Assembly: GCA_964549295.1 (NCBI GenBank)
Contig: CAZJUU010000001.1
Coordinates: 1 to 39,150 of the forward strand
From: an uncultured Candidatus Bathyarchaeia archaeon
GTDB taxonomy: Archaea; Thermoproteota; Bathyarchaeia; 40CM-2-53-6; CAVXDP01
DNA: 39,150 bases
Reading direction: 5' to 3'
Below the pieces are notes generated by a model. It saw only the letters and a program-made list of their open reading frames with translations. It ran no database searches and was not told the origin of the DNA. This document shows positions 25,026-33,639 of the stretch, one piece after another; position 1 is the first letter of the stretch, and each line of letters begins with the position of its first letter. A program made the translations under genes and the position numbers.

Positions 25026-25445
25026 TTGAAAGTACTGGTATCAGATCCCAAGGGTGGCAAGGTAACCACCGTAGAACTTGAGGGAGTGAAGGCGCGACCT
25101 TTGGTTGGAAGAGCGCTAGGTGACGAGGTTGACGGATCCCTCTTTGGAATGGCTGGGAAGAAACTCAAGATCACAGGTGGAAGCGACAAGGATGGAATTC
25201 CACTGGTGCCCAACATTCATGGAGGTGCCAAGAAGTATGTTCTACTATCTGAAGGAGTCGGTTTCAAGTCCACAAGCAAAGGTGAAAGGCGCAGAAAACT
25301 TGTGAGGGGTCGGATGATAACAGAAGAAACCTATCAATTGAATCTGGTTATTTCTGAACCGCAGACTCCTGAACCACTGAAAGAGCTTGGTGCAGAAAGC
25401 GCAGAGACAGGAGGAAAGGATAGTGGAGATAAGAGTACTCAATGA
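25026..25445 (+). CDS. rps6e: 30S ribosomal protein S6e
   Basis: KVLVSDPKGGKVTTVELEG..LVGRALGDEVDGSLFGMAGKKLKITGGSDKDGIPL..RRRKLVRG matches S6e. The start is TTG. Confidence 0.85.
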   Translation: MKVLVSDPKGGKVTTVELEGVKARPLVGRALGDEVDGSLFGMAGKKLKITGGSDKDGIPLVPNIHGGAKKYVLLSEGVGFKSTSKGERRRKLVRGRMITEETYQLNLVISEPQTPEPLKELGAESAETGGKDSGDKSTQ

Positions 25446-25962
25446 ATACTACAACCCAGTCATGAAACGGAAGCAAATAAGGGTCGAAATCTCCCATGCG
25501 TCTGCCGGAACACCAGAGAGATTCTCAACCAGAAAAGCTTTGGCGGAAAAGTTCAACGCAAAGCTAGAAAGCCTCTACGTAGTCGACATGATCACCGGAA
25601 CCGGAACCCAAGGAACGATCTGCAACATCGAACTATATGATAATCAAGGCGCGGCCGCGCAAATAGTCCCCGCTCACATCAAGGTCAGGAACCTCTCAGC
25701 GGATGAAAGGAAGAAGTTTAGGAAAACGAAGAAGGAAGAGGCAAAACCCGCTGCGGAAAAGAAGGCTGAGGCACCTGCGAAGCCTGAAAAGCCAGAGAAG
25801 AAAGAAGAGAAACCTGCAGAGAAAAAAGTCGAAGTGAAGCCTGTAGAGAAACCGGCGGCGAAAAAAGCAGAGGAAAAGCCCCCCGAGAAGAAGGCAGAGA
25901 AGAAGGCGGAGAAAAAGGAAGCCAAGAAAGAAGCCCCAAAGCCAGCTGAAGCCAAGAAGTGA
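25423..25962 (+). CDS. rps24e: 30S ribosomal protein S24e with long K/E/P/A-rich C-terminal extension
   Basis: (V/M)EIRVLNEYYNPVMKRKQIRVEISHASAGTPERFSTRKALAEKF..ICNIELYDN aligns with the canonical S24e N-terminus. The GTG at 25423 is preceded by GAGGAAAGGA. The track start (TTG 25387) would add 12 residues overlapping S6e. Confidence 0.8.
   Translation: MEIRVLNEYYNPVMKRKQIRVEISHASAGTPERFSTRKALAEKFNAKLESLYVVDMITGTGTQGTICNIELYDNQGAAAQIVPAHIKVRNLSADERKKFRKTKKEEAKPAAEKKAEAPAKPEKPEKKEEKPAEKKVEVKPVEKPAAKKAEEKPPEKKAEKKAEKKEAKKEAPKPAEAKK
25705..25959 (+). repeat. Purine-rich low-complexity coding tract (S24e tail)
   Basis: Reiterated gaagaag, aagaaggc and gagaaa units encode (A/E)KK, KPE and KPA repeats. 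The tract generates spurious antisense ORFs 25674..25955(-) and 25718..25969(-). Confidence 0.7.
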
Positions 25963-25967
25963 ACGCC

Positions 25968-26174
25968 ATGAGTGAAGAAAAGCCTAAAGAGAAAAAGAAG
26001 AAACGCCCTGGATTAGGGACATTATATAACTACAATTACGAGAAGGGATCCATAACTCTGAAGAACAGGAAATGCCCAAGGTGCGGCGCGATTATGGCTC
26101 ACCACAAAGGAGCAAACCCAAGACTAACATGTGGATCATGCAGTTACACAGATTTCATCAAAGAAGAGAAGTGA
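25968..26174 (+). CDS. rps27ae: 30S ribosomal protein S27ae
   Basis: LKNRKCPRCGAIMAHHKGANPRLTCGSCSYT is the S27ae zinc ribbon. A Lys-rich N-terminal extension is present (MSEEKPKEKKKKRPG). The ATG at 25968 lies just inside the GTG 25959 track start. Confidence 0.8.
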   Translation: MSEEKPKEKKKKRPGLGTLYNYNYEKGSITLKNRKCPRCGAIMAHHKGANPRLTCGSCSYTDFIKEEK

Positions 26175-26726
26175 CTACTCAGACTTACGCATTGACTTGA
26201 GCATTGAATCGACTTCTCGTCTTAGTTTCCCGTCGACCGATACAAGTACTACTCCAACTTTCGGTTGTCCGTACACCACGAAAGAACTCATAGGAGCTTG
26301 AGCGATCGCAGCTAGTGTTAACAGATCCTCCTCCCCATCCACTACTACTACAGAGTCGCCGGCATCAATGGCCTCGCCCACGGCATGCCAACTGGACATG
26401 TCAATTGTCCCAGGCTTGTTCGCCGTGAAGAAGATCCTGCCCGAAGTTTCCAACTTGGTCGGAGGAAGTCTTCGTCTCATCTCGACATTGTCGAAGATGC
26501 GGACATCACTCTGAAGCCTATGCTGAGAGAAAAGCCTTGAAACAGCGTCTCCAACACATATGACTCTCCTTGGTCTATCCTTCTTGATCTGTCGACGAAG
26601 AGTCCTAACTATAGTCTCTGAAGATCCTGTGATCAGTCTACCTAAGGGGTGCTTCAACTTTCTTCGAAGTGCTGACGTGAGTAGAAGCTCGGGCAACGGA
26701 TCACATCTGTGAAATCTCTTTTCCAC
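26175..26726 (-). CDS. DUF359-family protein (archaeal GTP-dependent dephospho-CoA kinase-like)
   Basis: RVICVGDAVS and VVVVDGEEDLLTLAAI match DUF359 hallmarks. Its stop codon directly abuts the S27ae stop with a 0-nt gap. Confidence 0.7.
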   Translation of the reverse strand: MEKRFHRCDPLPELLLTSALRRKLKHPLGRLITGSSETIVRTLRRQIKKDRPRRVICVGDAVSRLFSQHRLQSDVRIFDNVEMRRRLPPTKLETSGRIFFTANKPGTIDMSSWHAVGEAIDAGDSVVVVDGEEDLLTLAAIAQAPMSSFVVYGQPKVGVVLVSVDGKLRREVDSMLKSMRKSE

Positions 26727-26779
26727 AATCAGACGTATCTCTATTCCGAGAATATGGAGTTGCTTTGATTGAATTGACT

Positions 26780-26965
26780 CTACCTTACACGTATCGCGTA
26801 TTTGCCGGGTGTTTTGATAATCATCTTCTTCGCGATTTCCGAGTTGCTAGGATCTATGATTACAACTACACCCGTCCAATCGTCACTTAGATTTGTTGAT
26901 TTACAATTGGGACATACTGGGCCAGCGCTGATCATCCGACAGTTCTTGCAGGCCTTATCTCCCAA
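26780..26965 (-). CDS. spt4: Transcription elongation factor Spt4 (RpoE'')
   Basis: ACKNCRMISAGPVCPNCKSTNLSDDWTGVVVIIDP is the Spt4 zinc ribbon plus NGN-binding segment. Confidence 0.85.
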   Translation of the reverse strand: MGDKACKNCRMISAGPVCPNCKSTNLSDDWTGVVVIIDPSNSEIAKKMIIKTPGKYAIRVR

Positions 26966-26967
26966 AC

Positions 26968-27537
26968 CTATTTCTCTCCTTTACCACCGTGGATCTTTGC
27001 CACATCTTCCTTTATCCAATCCAACTTGCCGAGGAATGGCTGTCTCATCGTTACGCCAATCTTGCCTCCAGCTCCACCCTTTGGAAAGCTAACTGCAATT
27101 ATCCTAACTCTCACCACATCTCCTTTTCCAACGCTTCTCTGCGATTCCTTTCCCATGAGAACGCCATGTTTCTCATCATATGCGATGAAGTCATCCATTA
27201 CCTGTGAGACATGAAGAAGTGCATCTTCAGGTCCTATTCTGACAAATGCTCCGAAGTCTGTAACCTCGACGATCTCTCCCTCGACTACTTCATGCATCTC
27301 CGGGTAGAATGTTAGAAGTTTGAACGTAGCCTTGTGATATGTTGAACCGTCTCCTGGAAGTATCTTTCCAACAGCATCCACATTGACGTCTACCACAAGT
27401 ATCACATATCCCAGTTCTTCATCGACAACGTTCTCGTATTTCATTTTAATCTGTTCATGAGCGACTTTGTCGATTGGGTTTCCAAATTTTTCCGGAGGAA
27501 TCCTGACCACATCTTCAACTGACAGTAACCTAAACAT
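26968..27537 (-). CDS. rpoE: DNA-directed RNA polymerase subunit E' (Rpo7)
   Basis: The N-terminal domain (VRIPPEKFG..) is followed by the S1 fold VEGEIVEVTDFGAFVRIGPEDALLHVSQV. Confidence 0.9.
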   Translation of the reverse strand: MFRLLSVEDVVRIPPEKFGNPIDKVAHEQIKMKYENVVDEELGYVILVVDVNVDAVGKILPGDGSTYHKATFKLLTFYPEMHEVVEGEIVEVTDFGAFVRIGPEDALLHVSQVMDDFIAYDEKHGVLMGKESQRSVGKGDVVRVRIIAVSFPKGGAGGKIGVTMRQPFLGKLDWIKEDVAKIHGGKGEK

Positions 27538-27644
27538 TGCTTCTGCACTCCAAGACTCGGAAGATGATATAATCTAGTATTAATCTACAGGCGTGCACCT
27601 ACGCTTCCTTAAATACCTTTTCTGAAGTCGCTATCAAAAGCCAG

Positions 27645-28061
27645 TCACAGCATTGAAGGCCAGTACTGTGGTGTTTCCGGTTCGCAGTACAGCCGGTTAC
27701 CTCTGAGACTCAGCACTGGGAGTTTCAGAGTGCGAAGCCTCATCCTTAGACGCGAGTCCGCAGTCGCCACTATTGCTCTCAATTCTTTTGACGCTTTGAT
27801 CAATGCCTCATCGGCACTGGTTCCTGACGTCGGTCCGAGGTCTATCAGTCTGCATTTTCGAGTGATTTCAAGAGCGCGAGAAGCATGATTCCCAATCGTG
27901 GTTTGGTTCGTAGCAAGCTTCTGAAGTTCGTTCTGAACCTGTCTCAGAATAATGAACTCGACTTTGGTTTGAAGTAGTTCCTCGGTTTCACTCATGATGT
28001 CGAAAGGCTGTTTCAATGAAGTGAGCAATATGCTTGTGTCGAGGAGAACTCTAATTGCCAA
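27645..28061 (-). CDS. PIN-domain protein (Fcf1/Utp24-like, commonly linked to aIF2-gamma/rpoE)
   Basis: VLLDTSILL (first acidic residue), FIILRQVQNEL and AIVATADSRLRMRLRTLKLPVLSLRG are present. Confidence 0.75.
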   Translation of the reverse strand: MAIRVLLDTSILLTSLKQPFDIMSETEELLQTKVEFIILRQVQNELQKLATNQTTIGNHASRALEITRKCRLIDLGPTSGTSADEALIKASKELRAIVATADSRLRMRLRTLKLPVLSLRGNRLYCEPETPQYWPSML

Positions 28062-28116
28062 TTTCTATAGACTCGATTGATTGAATGACCTGAGCGTAAC
28101 GGAGACGATTCTCGTT

Positions 28117-29358
28117 CTATTTCATCTTTCCAAATCCTATTAGTCTCCATCCTTCGCCAATTCTTCTGCTTATGGCAACTTTGGAGCCAAGTTCCACGCA
28201 GACAGGGTTCTTGAGGTTCACGTCTATTGCTTGCTCTCTTGCTGATGTGACAATGCCGGAGGTGACAGTTGTGAAGACGTTCAGAACGAGTGCTTCATTG
28301 GTCTTTATCTTGTCCACTGCGACCTGCGACTCTGTTCCAACAGCTCGCTCCAGCAATTGCACCTCAAGAGTCAACTTGTCCAATGGTTGGGGAAGAGTCC
28401 CCATTCTTCCCACAATACTTCCTACGAGCCCATCGCTTTTGGTCAGGGCAGGATCAAGGGATGTTCCAATTCCTACAAGTCCTCCTGGTCTCACCTCTTC
28501 CACGGAGCTTCCTCCAATGTAGAGGCTTCGAACACTTGTGGAAAGAGGTTCGAAATGCACCCGGCCTCCTTTCTCAATCCTTAAACCAGGCCTTATCTCG
28601 ATTTCGTCACCCACCATGAACACGCCTTGCGTTACGGATCCCCCTATAACTCCGCCTACAAGATCGTCAACCTCCGTGCCTGGTTTGTTCACATCGAAGG
28701 AGCGCACCACATACATTTTTGGTGAAGCCACCGGATCACTCTTAGGTGTTGGGAAGACCTTGTCTATGGCTTCTAAAAGCGCATCGATGTTGATCTTGTG
28801 CTGAGCTGAGATTGGTATTATGGGTGCATTCTCAGCAATTGTACCCTTTACAAAGCTTTTTATCTCATTGTAATTCTCTAGGGCTCGCTCTTTGGTGACG
28901 AGGTCTATCTTGTTCTGAACAATTATCAGGTTTCTAATTCCAGCGATCTCTGCAGCGATCAAATGTTCACGATCTTGCGCCTGAGGGCATTTTGCGTCTG
29001 CGGCTATTATGAAAAGCGCTCCGTCCATGAGAGCTGCGCCAGACAGCATGGTCACCATGAGACTGTGATGGCCTGGACAATCGACGAAACTCACTAGTCT
29101 CTCAAGCTTGGTCTCAGCATTACAGACGCTACATTTCTTCTGAGTCGTATAGCAGATTGGGGGACTGCAATTTGGACATCTGTAGAACGCCGCGTCCGCG
29201 TATCCCACACGAATCGTAATGCCGCGTCTCAACTCTTCAGAATGCTTTCCAGTCCATACGCCAGTCAACGCTTGGACTATCGTACTCTTTCCATTATCCA
29301 CGTGGCCGAGGGTCCCAATGTTCACTTCTGGTTGCAGCTTCGTGCGATCTTCAACCAT
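28117..29358 (-). CDS. eif2g: Translation initiation factor aIF2 gamma subunit
   Basis: NIGTLGHVDNGKST (G1), the zinc knuckle CPNCS..C..CSVC, VDCPGHH (G3) and QNKIDL (G4) are present, followed by EF-Tu-like domains II and III. Confidence 0.9.
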   Translation of the reverse strand: MVEDRTKLQPEVNIGTLGHVDNGKSTIVQALTGVWTGKHSEELRRGITIRVGYADAAFYRCPNCSPPICYTTQKKCSVCNAETKLERLVSFVDCPGHHSLMVTMLSGAALMDGALFIIAADAKCPQAQDREHLIAAEIAGIRNLIIVQNKIDLVTKERALENYNEIKSFVKGTIAENAPIIPISAQHKINIDALLEAIDKVFPTPKSDPVASPKMYVVRSFDVNKPGTEVDDLVGGVIGGSVTQGVFMVGDEIEIRPGLRIEKGGRVHFEPLSTSVRSLYIGGSSVEEVRPGGLVGIGTSLDPALTKSDGLVGSIVGRMGTLPQPLDKLTLEVQLLERAVGTESQVAVDKIKTNEALVLNVFTTVTSGIVTSAREQAIDVNLKNPVCVELGSKVAISRRIGEGWRLIGFGKMK

Positions 29359-29576
29359 TCTATTCTTGACCAGCTATTCCTTATTAGGCGAGACAGATTG
29401 CCTGATCGCGTAGATAAGAATACCGTGGCAGGTCGAGAGACGCATGATCTGCCACATTTTACAACGATTTTGGTGATTGGCTTCAGAGGGATCTCAAGTC
29501 TATTCGAAGTAGAGATCTGGCTCGTTTACAATGTTCACGAACAGGTTTAAACGGTGGGTTCTTTCGATGATTAGCT

Positions 29577-30800
29577 GTGCGGTTGAAGAGAATGGGTTTC
29601 GGCATTCATAGAGCGGCTCGAAGTAGAGTCGCGATAGGAGTTCTTCTCATTTTGACATTGGCGGGGTTTGTTGCGTCGCAGGCTGTTTCGTTTGGTGCCA
29701 AGGCGGAATCGTACTATCCGTATGGCGGAGGACTAGTTGCTGGCTTTGTGCTGGGTTTCAGCGTATATGATGAATTGATTCCAATATCTTGGGCGATTGT
29801 AACCGCGACAATAGAGTCGTATGTCATTGGACAAACCTCTTCTCTTGGAGGAGGATATTTTGAGTTGTTGCTTCCTGTGGGATTCTACAATCTAACCGTG
29901 GAGGAATATGGCTTCATTTCAAAGACCATGCAGATATTTGTCTCTTCAGGTTCCTCTACGACTCTTCAGTTTATCCTCGAACAAGGACAGAGAACGTATA
30001 CCTACCCTGTGACGATCAGCGTTGCCGGATTCGCATCCGACTACTATTCAAGTCTGAAGGTCGATGGGAAGTACGAAGGAGTAATACTTGGAAGCAACTC
30101 AAGAACGTTGGTCTTCAGGCTTGGTAGTGTTCATCTGATAGAAGTCGATTCATATGTGAATGGCTCTGACGGGGTGAGATACTTTTCTGAGAGCACAAAC
30201 CGAACTGTGAATGACGTGGATTCAATAGTGTTTAGCTACAGACCTCAGTACCATCTTCGTACTGAAGAACGGGTAATGAGCATTTCATCAGTTGAAGGCT
30301 GGTATGAGGCAGGTGCGCGCGTGGAGAGCCCATCTGCAACTGAACAGGTGGACGATGTGACTGGAGTAAGACACGTTTTCAAGAATTGGGTTGTTGATGG
30401 AGTTGGCGTTGTGGGAAACCCCATTTCGATTATTATGAACAAGCCTCATACCTTGTCAGTCAGCTACCAAACACAGTACTACGTTGACGTTAGGTCGGAC
30501 TACGGAAACCCAACAGGATCAGGTTGGTACGATGCAGATTCATCGGTGGCTATATCCGTGACAACGCCACAAGGGTTTGGCGTCGAGAAAGTCTTTGATC
30601 ATTGGGAAGGAGACCAATCCTCAAAATCTTCAACTACGTCGATATTGGTTGACTCACCGAAAACGTTGACGGCGAAATGGCGTGATGATCATATCCAGCT
30701 CTATCTTGCAATTGCAGCCATAGCCAGTATGTTGGTCATCATCATGCTACTTGCAAGATCTAGGAAAAGAACAGAGACCAAATCAAAACAAAGTCTTTGA
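29577..30800 (+). CDS. Membrane-anchored extracellular protein with CarboxypepD_reg-like domain and repeated beta-domains
   Basis: An N-terminal hydrophobic signal/anchor (VAIGVLLILTLAGFVA) is followed by GGYFELLLPVGFYNLTVEEYGF..TLQFIL. Two or three repeats of the pattern GWY(E/D)A..V...F..W.GD....I.(M/V)..P.TL...(Y/W) follow. The C-terminus is a TM helix plus RSRKR. The ATG at 29592 is a likely alternative start. Confidence 0.5.
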   Translation: MRLKRMGFGIHRAARSRVAIGVLLILTLAGFVASQAVSFGAKAESYYPYGGGLVAGFVLGFSVYDELIPISWAIVTATIESYVIGQTSSLGGGYFELLLPVGFYNLTVEEYGFISKTMQIFVSSGSSTTLQFILEQGQRTYTYPVTISVAGFASDYYSSLKVDGKYEGVILGSNSRTLVFRLGSVHLIEVDSYVNGSDGVRYFSESTNRTVNDVDSIVFSYRPQYHLRTEERVMSISSVEGWYEAGARVESPSATEQVDDVTGVRHVFKNWVVDGVGVVGNPISIIMNKPHTLSVSYQTQYYVDVRSDYGNPTGSGWYDADSSVAISVTTPQGFGVEKVFDHWEGDQSSKSSTTSILVDSPKTLTAKWRDDHIQLYLAIAAIASMLVIIMLLARSRKRTETKSKQSL

Positions 30801-30815
30801 CATGCAATCTCTCTT

Positions 30816-31832
30816 GTGAGACTAGAACAAGCCTTGTCAGACCCTATTCTTTGCCTTGGAATCGAAGCCACCGCCCATACTTTTGGCGCCAGTATCGTCA
30901 CAAGTGAAGGTGAGATACTATCAGATGTGAAGGATACATATGTTCCAGCGGTTGGAAAGGGAATACATCCAAGAGAAGCAGCACAACATCACTCCCAAGT
31001 CTGTGCTGACGTTGTTCAGAAAGCGTTTAGAGCTGCGAAAAGACGCCCACATGAGATCGATGCAGTAGCCGTTTCGTTAGGACCTGGTCTAGGCCCAGCT
31101 TTGAGAACTGGTGCTACCGTCGCTAGAGGAATAGCAGCGTTCTTGGACAAACCACTAATTCCTATTCATCATGCAATAGGCCATATCGAGATAGCTGCGC
31201 TTACGACTAGGATGGAGGATCCACTTGTTCTCCTTGTTTCTGGAGGTCATACTGCAATAGCTGCATGCGCGAAAGGGAAGTGGAGAATCTTCGGTGAAAC
31301 AGAAGACATTACTATTGGAAACCTTTTCGATATGTTCTCGAGAGCAGCGAAGCTCCCGTCTCCGGGGGGAGTCAGCGTAGAGAGACTTGCGCAGAAAAGT
31401 TCAAACTACATCGACCTACCTTACACGGTGAAGGGGAATGATGTCTCCTACTCTGGGCTTCTAACGGCATCGAGGAAGAAACTTGATGACGGCGTTCCGG
31501 TGGAAGACATATGCTTCTCGCTTCAGGAGGTGTCCTTTTCAATGTTGACCGAAGCGACTGAGAGAAGTTTGGCTCATACAGAGAAGAAAGAACTTCTCTT
31601 GACAGGTGGAGTTGCAGCAAATATGCGTCTTCAAAACATGATGAAGATCATCGCTGAAGAACACAACGCACGATTCAGTGTTGTGGACTCAAAATACAGT
31701 GGAGACTGTGGTGCTCAGATCGCCTGGACAGGGATTTTGGCTCACAAGTCTGGAGTCCAAGTGGAAGTGGAAACGAGCTTTGTTAAACCGCGATGGCGAC
31801 TGGACACGGTTTCGGTTCCGTGGAGGCCTTGA
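30816..31832 (+). CDS. kae1: tRNA N6-adenosine threonylcarbamoyltransferase Kae1 (KEOPS catalytic subunit)
   Basis: ILCLGIEATAHTFGASIV, HH..V, PIHHAIGHIE, LLVSGGHT and LTGGVAANMRLQ are present. The start is GTG 30816 or TTG 30834. Confidence 0.9.
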   Translation: MRLEQALSDPILCLGIEATAHTFGASIVTSEGEILSDVKDTYVPAVGKGIHPREAAQHHSQVCADVVQKAFRAAKRRPHEIDAVAVSLGPGLGPALRTGATVARGIAAFLDKPLIPIHHAIGHIEIAALTTRMEDPLVLLVSGGHTAIAACAKGKWRIFGETEDITIGNLFDMFSRAAKLPSPGGVSVERLAQKSSNYIDLPYTVKGNDVSYSGLLTASRKKLDDGVPVEDICFSLQEVSFSMLTEATERSLAHTEKKELLLTGGVAANMRLQNMMKIIAEEHNARFSVVDSKYSGDCGAQIAWTGILAHKSGVQVEVETSFVKPRWRLDTVSVPWRP

Positions 31833-31839
31833 TCCAGAC

Positions 31840-32475
31840 ATGCCCCTTATCAGGAAAGGAGCAGAAGCCAACCTCTACCTCGAAGACTGGCATGACTACA
31901 AAGTCATAGTGAAAAGACGTGTCTGCAAAACATACAGACTTAGGGCACTGGATACAAAGCTTAGAAGCTTTAGAACCATCCATGAATCCCAAATAATGCA
32001 TGAAGCGAAACGTTCCGGCGTTCCGACCCCGATAATATACTTGGTCGATCCCAAAGAATACACGATAGTCATGGAGTTTGTTTCTGGAAGGAGACTGAAG
32101 GAAGCAATTGAAGAGACATCAAACGAAGGCCGTCGTGACATATGCCAACTAGCTGGATGCCAAATTGCGATGCTTCATCACAACAACATCATACACGGCG
32201 ACCTAACCACCTCAAACATGATTCTTACGGACGAACAGAAAATCTTCTTCATAGATTTCGGCCTCAGTTACTATTCAATCGAAGTTGAAGATCGTGGAGT
32301 TGACCTGCACCTCATGAAGAGAGCGCTCAATAGCACCCATTACCTTCATGGAGAGAAATGTTTCGGCCATGTGATTCAGGGATACAAAGAACTTGCTGGA
32401 ACCAAGCGGACACATGAAGTTGTCGAAAAGGTTCGTGAAATTGAACGGCGAGGCAGATACTATGCCGAGCGCTAG
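31840..32475 (+). CDS. bud32: Bud32/PRPK atypical kinase (KEOPS subunit)
   Basis: LIRKGAEANLY, VIVKRR..K.YR, IIHGDLTTSNMIL, FIDFGLS and the C-terminal EIERRGRY are present. The ATG lies 7 nt after the Kae1 stop, in a different frame. The track's upstream extension to 31678 overlaps kae1. Confidence 0.85.
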   Translation: MPLIRKGAEANLYLEDWHDYKVIVKRRVCKTYRLRALDTKLRSFRTIHESQIMHEAKRSGVPTPIIYLVDPKEYTIVMEFVSGRRLKEAIEETSNEGRRDICQLAGCQIAMLHHNNIIHGDLTTSNMILTDEQKIFFIDFGLSYYSIEVEDRGVDLHLMKRALNSTHYLHGEKCFGHVIQGYKELAGTKRTHEVVEKVREIERRGRYYAER

Positions 32476-32541
32476 AGAGAAAAGGAAATCCAATCTAGCT
32501 GGACACAATGCTGACTTGCCTAACCTCATTATGTCTTCGAG

Positions 32542-33126
32542 ATGGTATACAGTTTGAAGATCTGTTTTGCGACCACAAACAAGCACAAACTCGAAGAAGC
32601 AAGGAGAATCCTTGCTGGATATGGTATTGATCTGGAGATGGTGCCAGAGAAGAAACGCGAGATTCAATCTGAGAAGCTAGAAGAGATCGCTGAAGTAGCG
32701 GCGCTGGAAATAGCAGAATCTCTGGGGATTCGGGTGGTCACCGAAGACTCGGGGTTATTCATTCAGGCTCTTAACAACTTCCCAGGCCCGTATTCAGCAT
32801 ACACTCACGACACGATAGGTTGCGAGGGCATCTTGGATCTCATGAGGAACAAGACCAATAGAAGGGCGAAGTTTAAGGCTGTGGTAGCGTACTGCGAATC
32901 GACCCAGATGCCGAGATCCTTTATCGGAATCGTTGAGGGAAACATCGCCCCAAAGGCTAGGGGAATACAGGGATTTGGTTTTGACCCAATATTTGTTCCA
33001 ACAGAAGGTGATGGGAGAACATTCGCTCAAATGACGCAACAAGAGAAGAATCAATACTCACATAGAGCTCGAGCCTTCAGAAACTTCGGAGAATGGTTTC
33101 AGGAATATCAAAGAAGCCTTAAATAA
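32542..33126 (+). CDS. Non-canonical purine NTP pyrophosphatase (HAM1/RdgB family)
   Basis: ICFATTNKHKLEEA, TEDSGLFIQALNNFPGPYSA, GFGFDPIF and SHRARA are present. Confidence 0.85.
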   Translation: MVYSLKICFATTNKHKLEEARRILAGYGIDLEMVPEKKREIQSEKLEEIAEVAALEIAESLGIRVVTEDSGLFIQALNNFPGPYSAYTHDTIGCEGILDLMRNKTNRRAKFKAVVAYCESTQMPRSFIGIVEGNIAPKARGIQGFGFDPIFVPTEGDGRTFAQMTQQEKNQYSHRARAFRNFGEWFQEYQRSLK

Positions 33127-33187
33127 CGCACCTCGTTCTGATTAGAAGTCCACCCAAATATGATCAACTCATGCTTGGTGCAAATGT

Positions 33188-33637
33188 TTGGCAAGACTCT
33201 ATGCTAGCAAACGTGGTCGATCGGGATCTACCAGACCTATTAGCAAGAAGACCCCTTCATGGTGCAAGTATCAGCCTGAAGAGATAGAGGCGCTGGTCAC
33301 AAAACTTGCTAAGGAAGATAACAAGCCAAGCATGATCGGAATGATTCTGAGAGATCGATACGGCGTTCCACTCGTTAGGCCTCTACTTGAAAAGAAGATC
33401 ACTGGAGTTCTAGACTCTTCTGGATACAAACTGAAGATCCCCGAAGATCTTGAGGCTCTAATCAAAAAGGCTGAAGCGATGAAGAAACATCATGATAGGA
33501 ATAAGAAAGACTACTCGACCAAACGTGCACTCAACCTTATTGAGTCCAAAGTGCATAGACTGTCGAAATACTACAGGTCCAAAGGTCTTCTGCCGTCAGA
33601 TTGGAATTATAAGTCGGTTGTAGCATCTGTCAAGTAG
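33188..33637 (+). CDS. rps15: 30S ribosomal protein S15 (S13e)
   Basis: KRGRSGSTRP..P.W..Y..EEIEALV.KLAKE...PS.IG.ILRD.YG.P and DL..LIKKA..MKKH are present. The start is TTG. Confidence 0.9.
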   Translation: MARLYASKRGRSGSTRPISKKTPSWCKYQPEEIEALVTKLAKEDNKPSMIGMILRDRYGVPLVRPLLEKKITGVLDSSGYKLKIPEDLEALIKKAEAMKKHHDRNKKDYSTKRALNLIESKVHRLSKYYRSKGLLPSDWNYKSVVASVK

Positions 33638-33639
33638 AC

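Noticed and set aside
25674-25969. Two long antisense ORFs (93 and 83 aa) opposite the end of the S24e gene
   Set aside because: They are Ser/Phe/Ala/Gly-rich low-complexity translations of the complement of the purine-rich K/E/P/A tail tract. They have no start context and are fully explained by the sense-strand repeat.
31678-31839. A long upstream extension of the Bud32 ORF, and the possibility that kae1-bud32 is a frameshifted (pseudogenised) fusion
   Set aside because: Kae1 ends with a clean TGA after a complete C-terminus. Bud32 homology starts at the ATG 7 nt later (MPLIRKGAEANLY). The extension overlaps kae1 out of frame. Separate genes are normal in many archaea.
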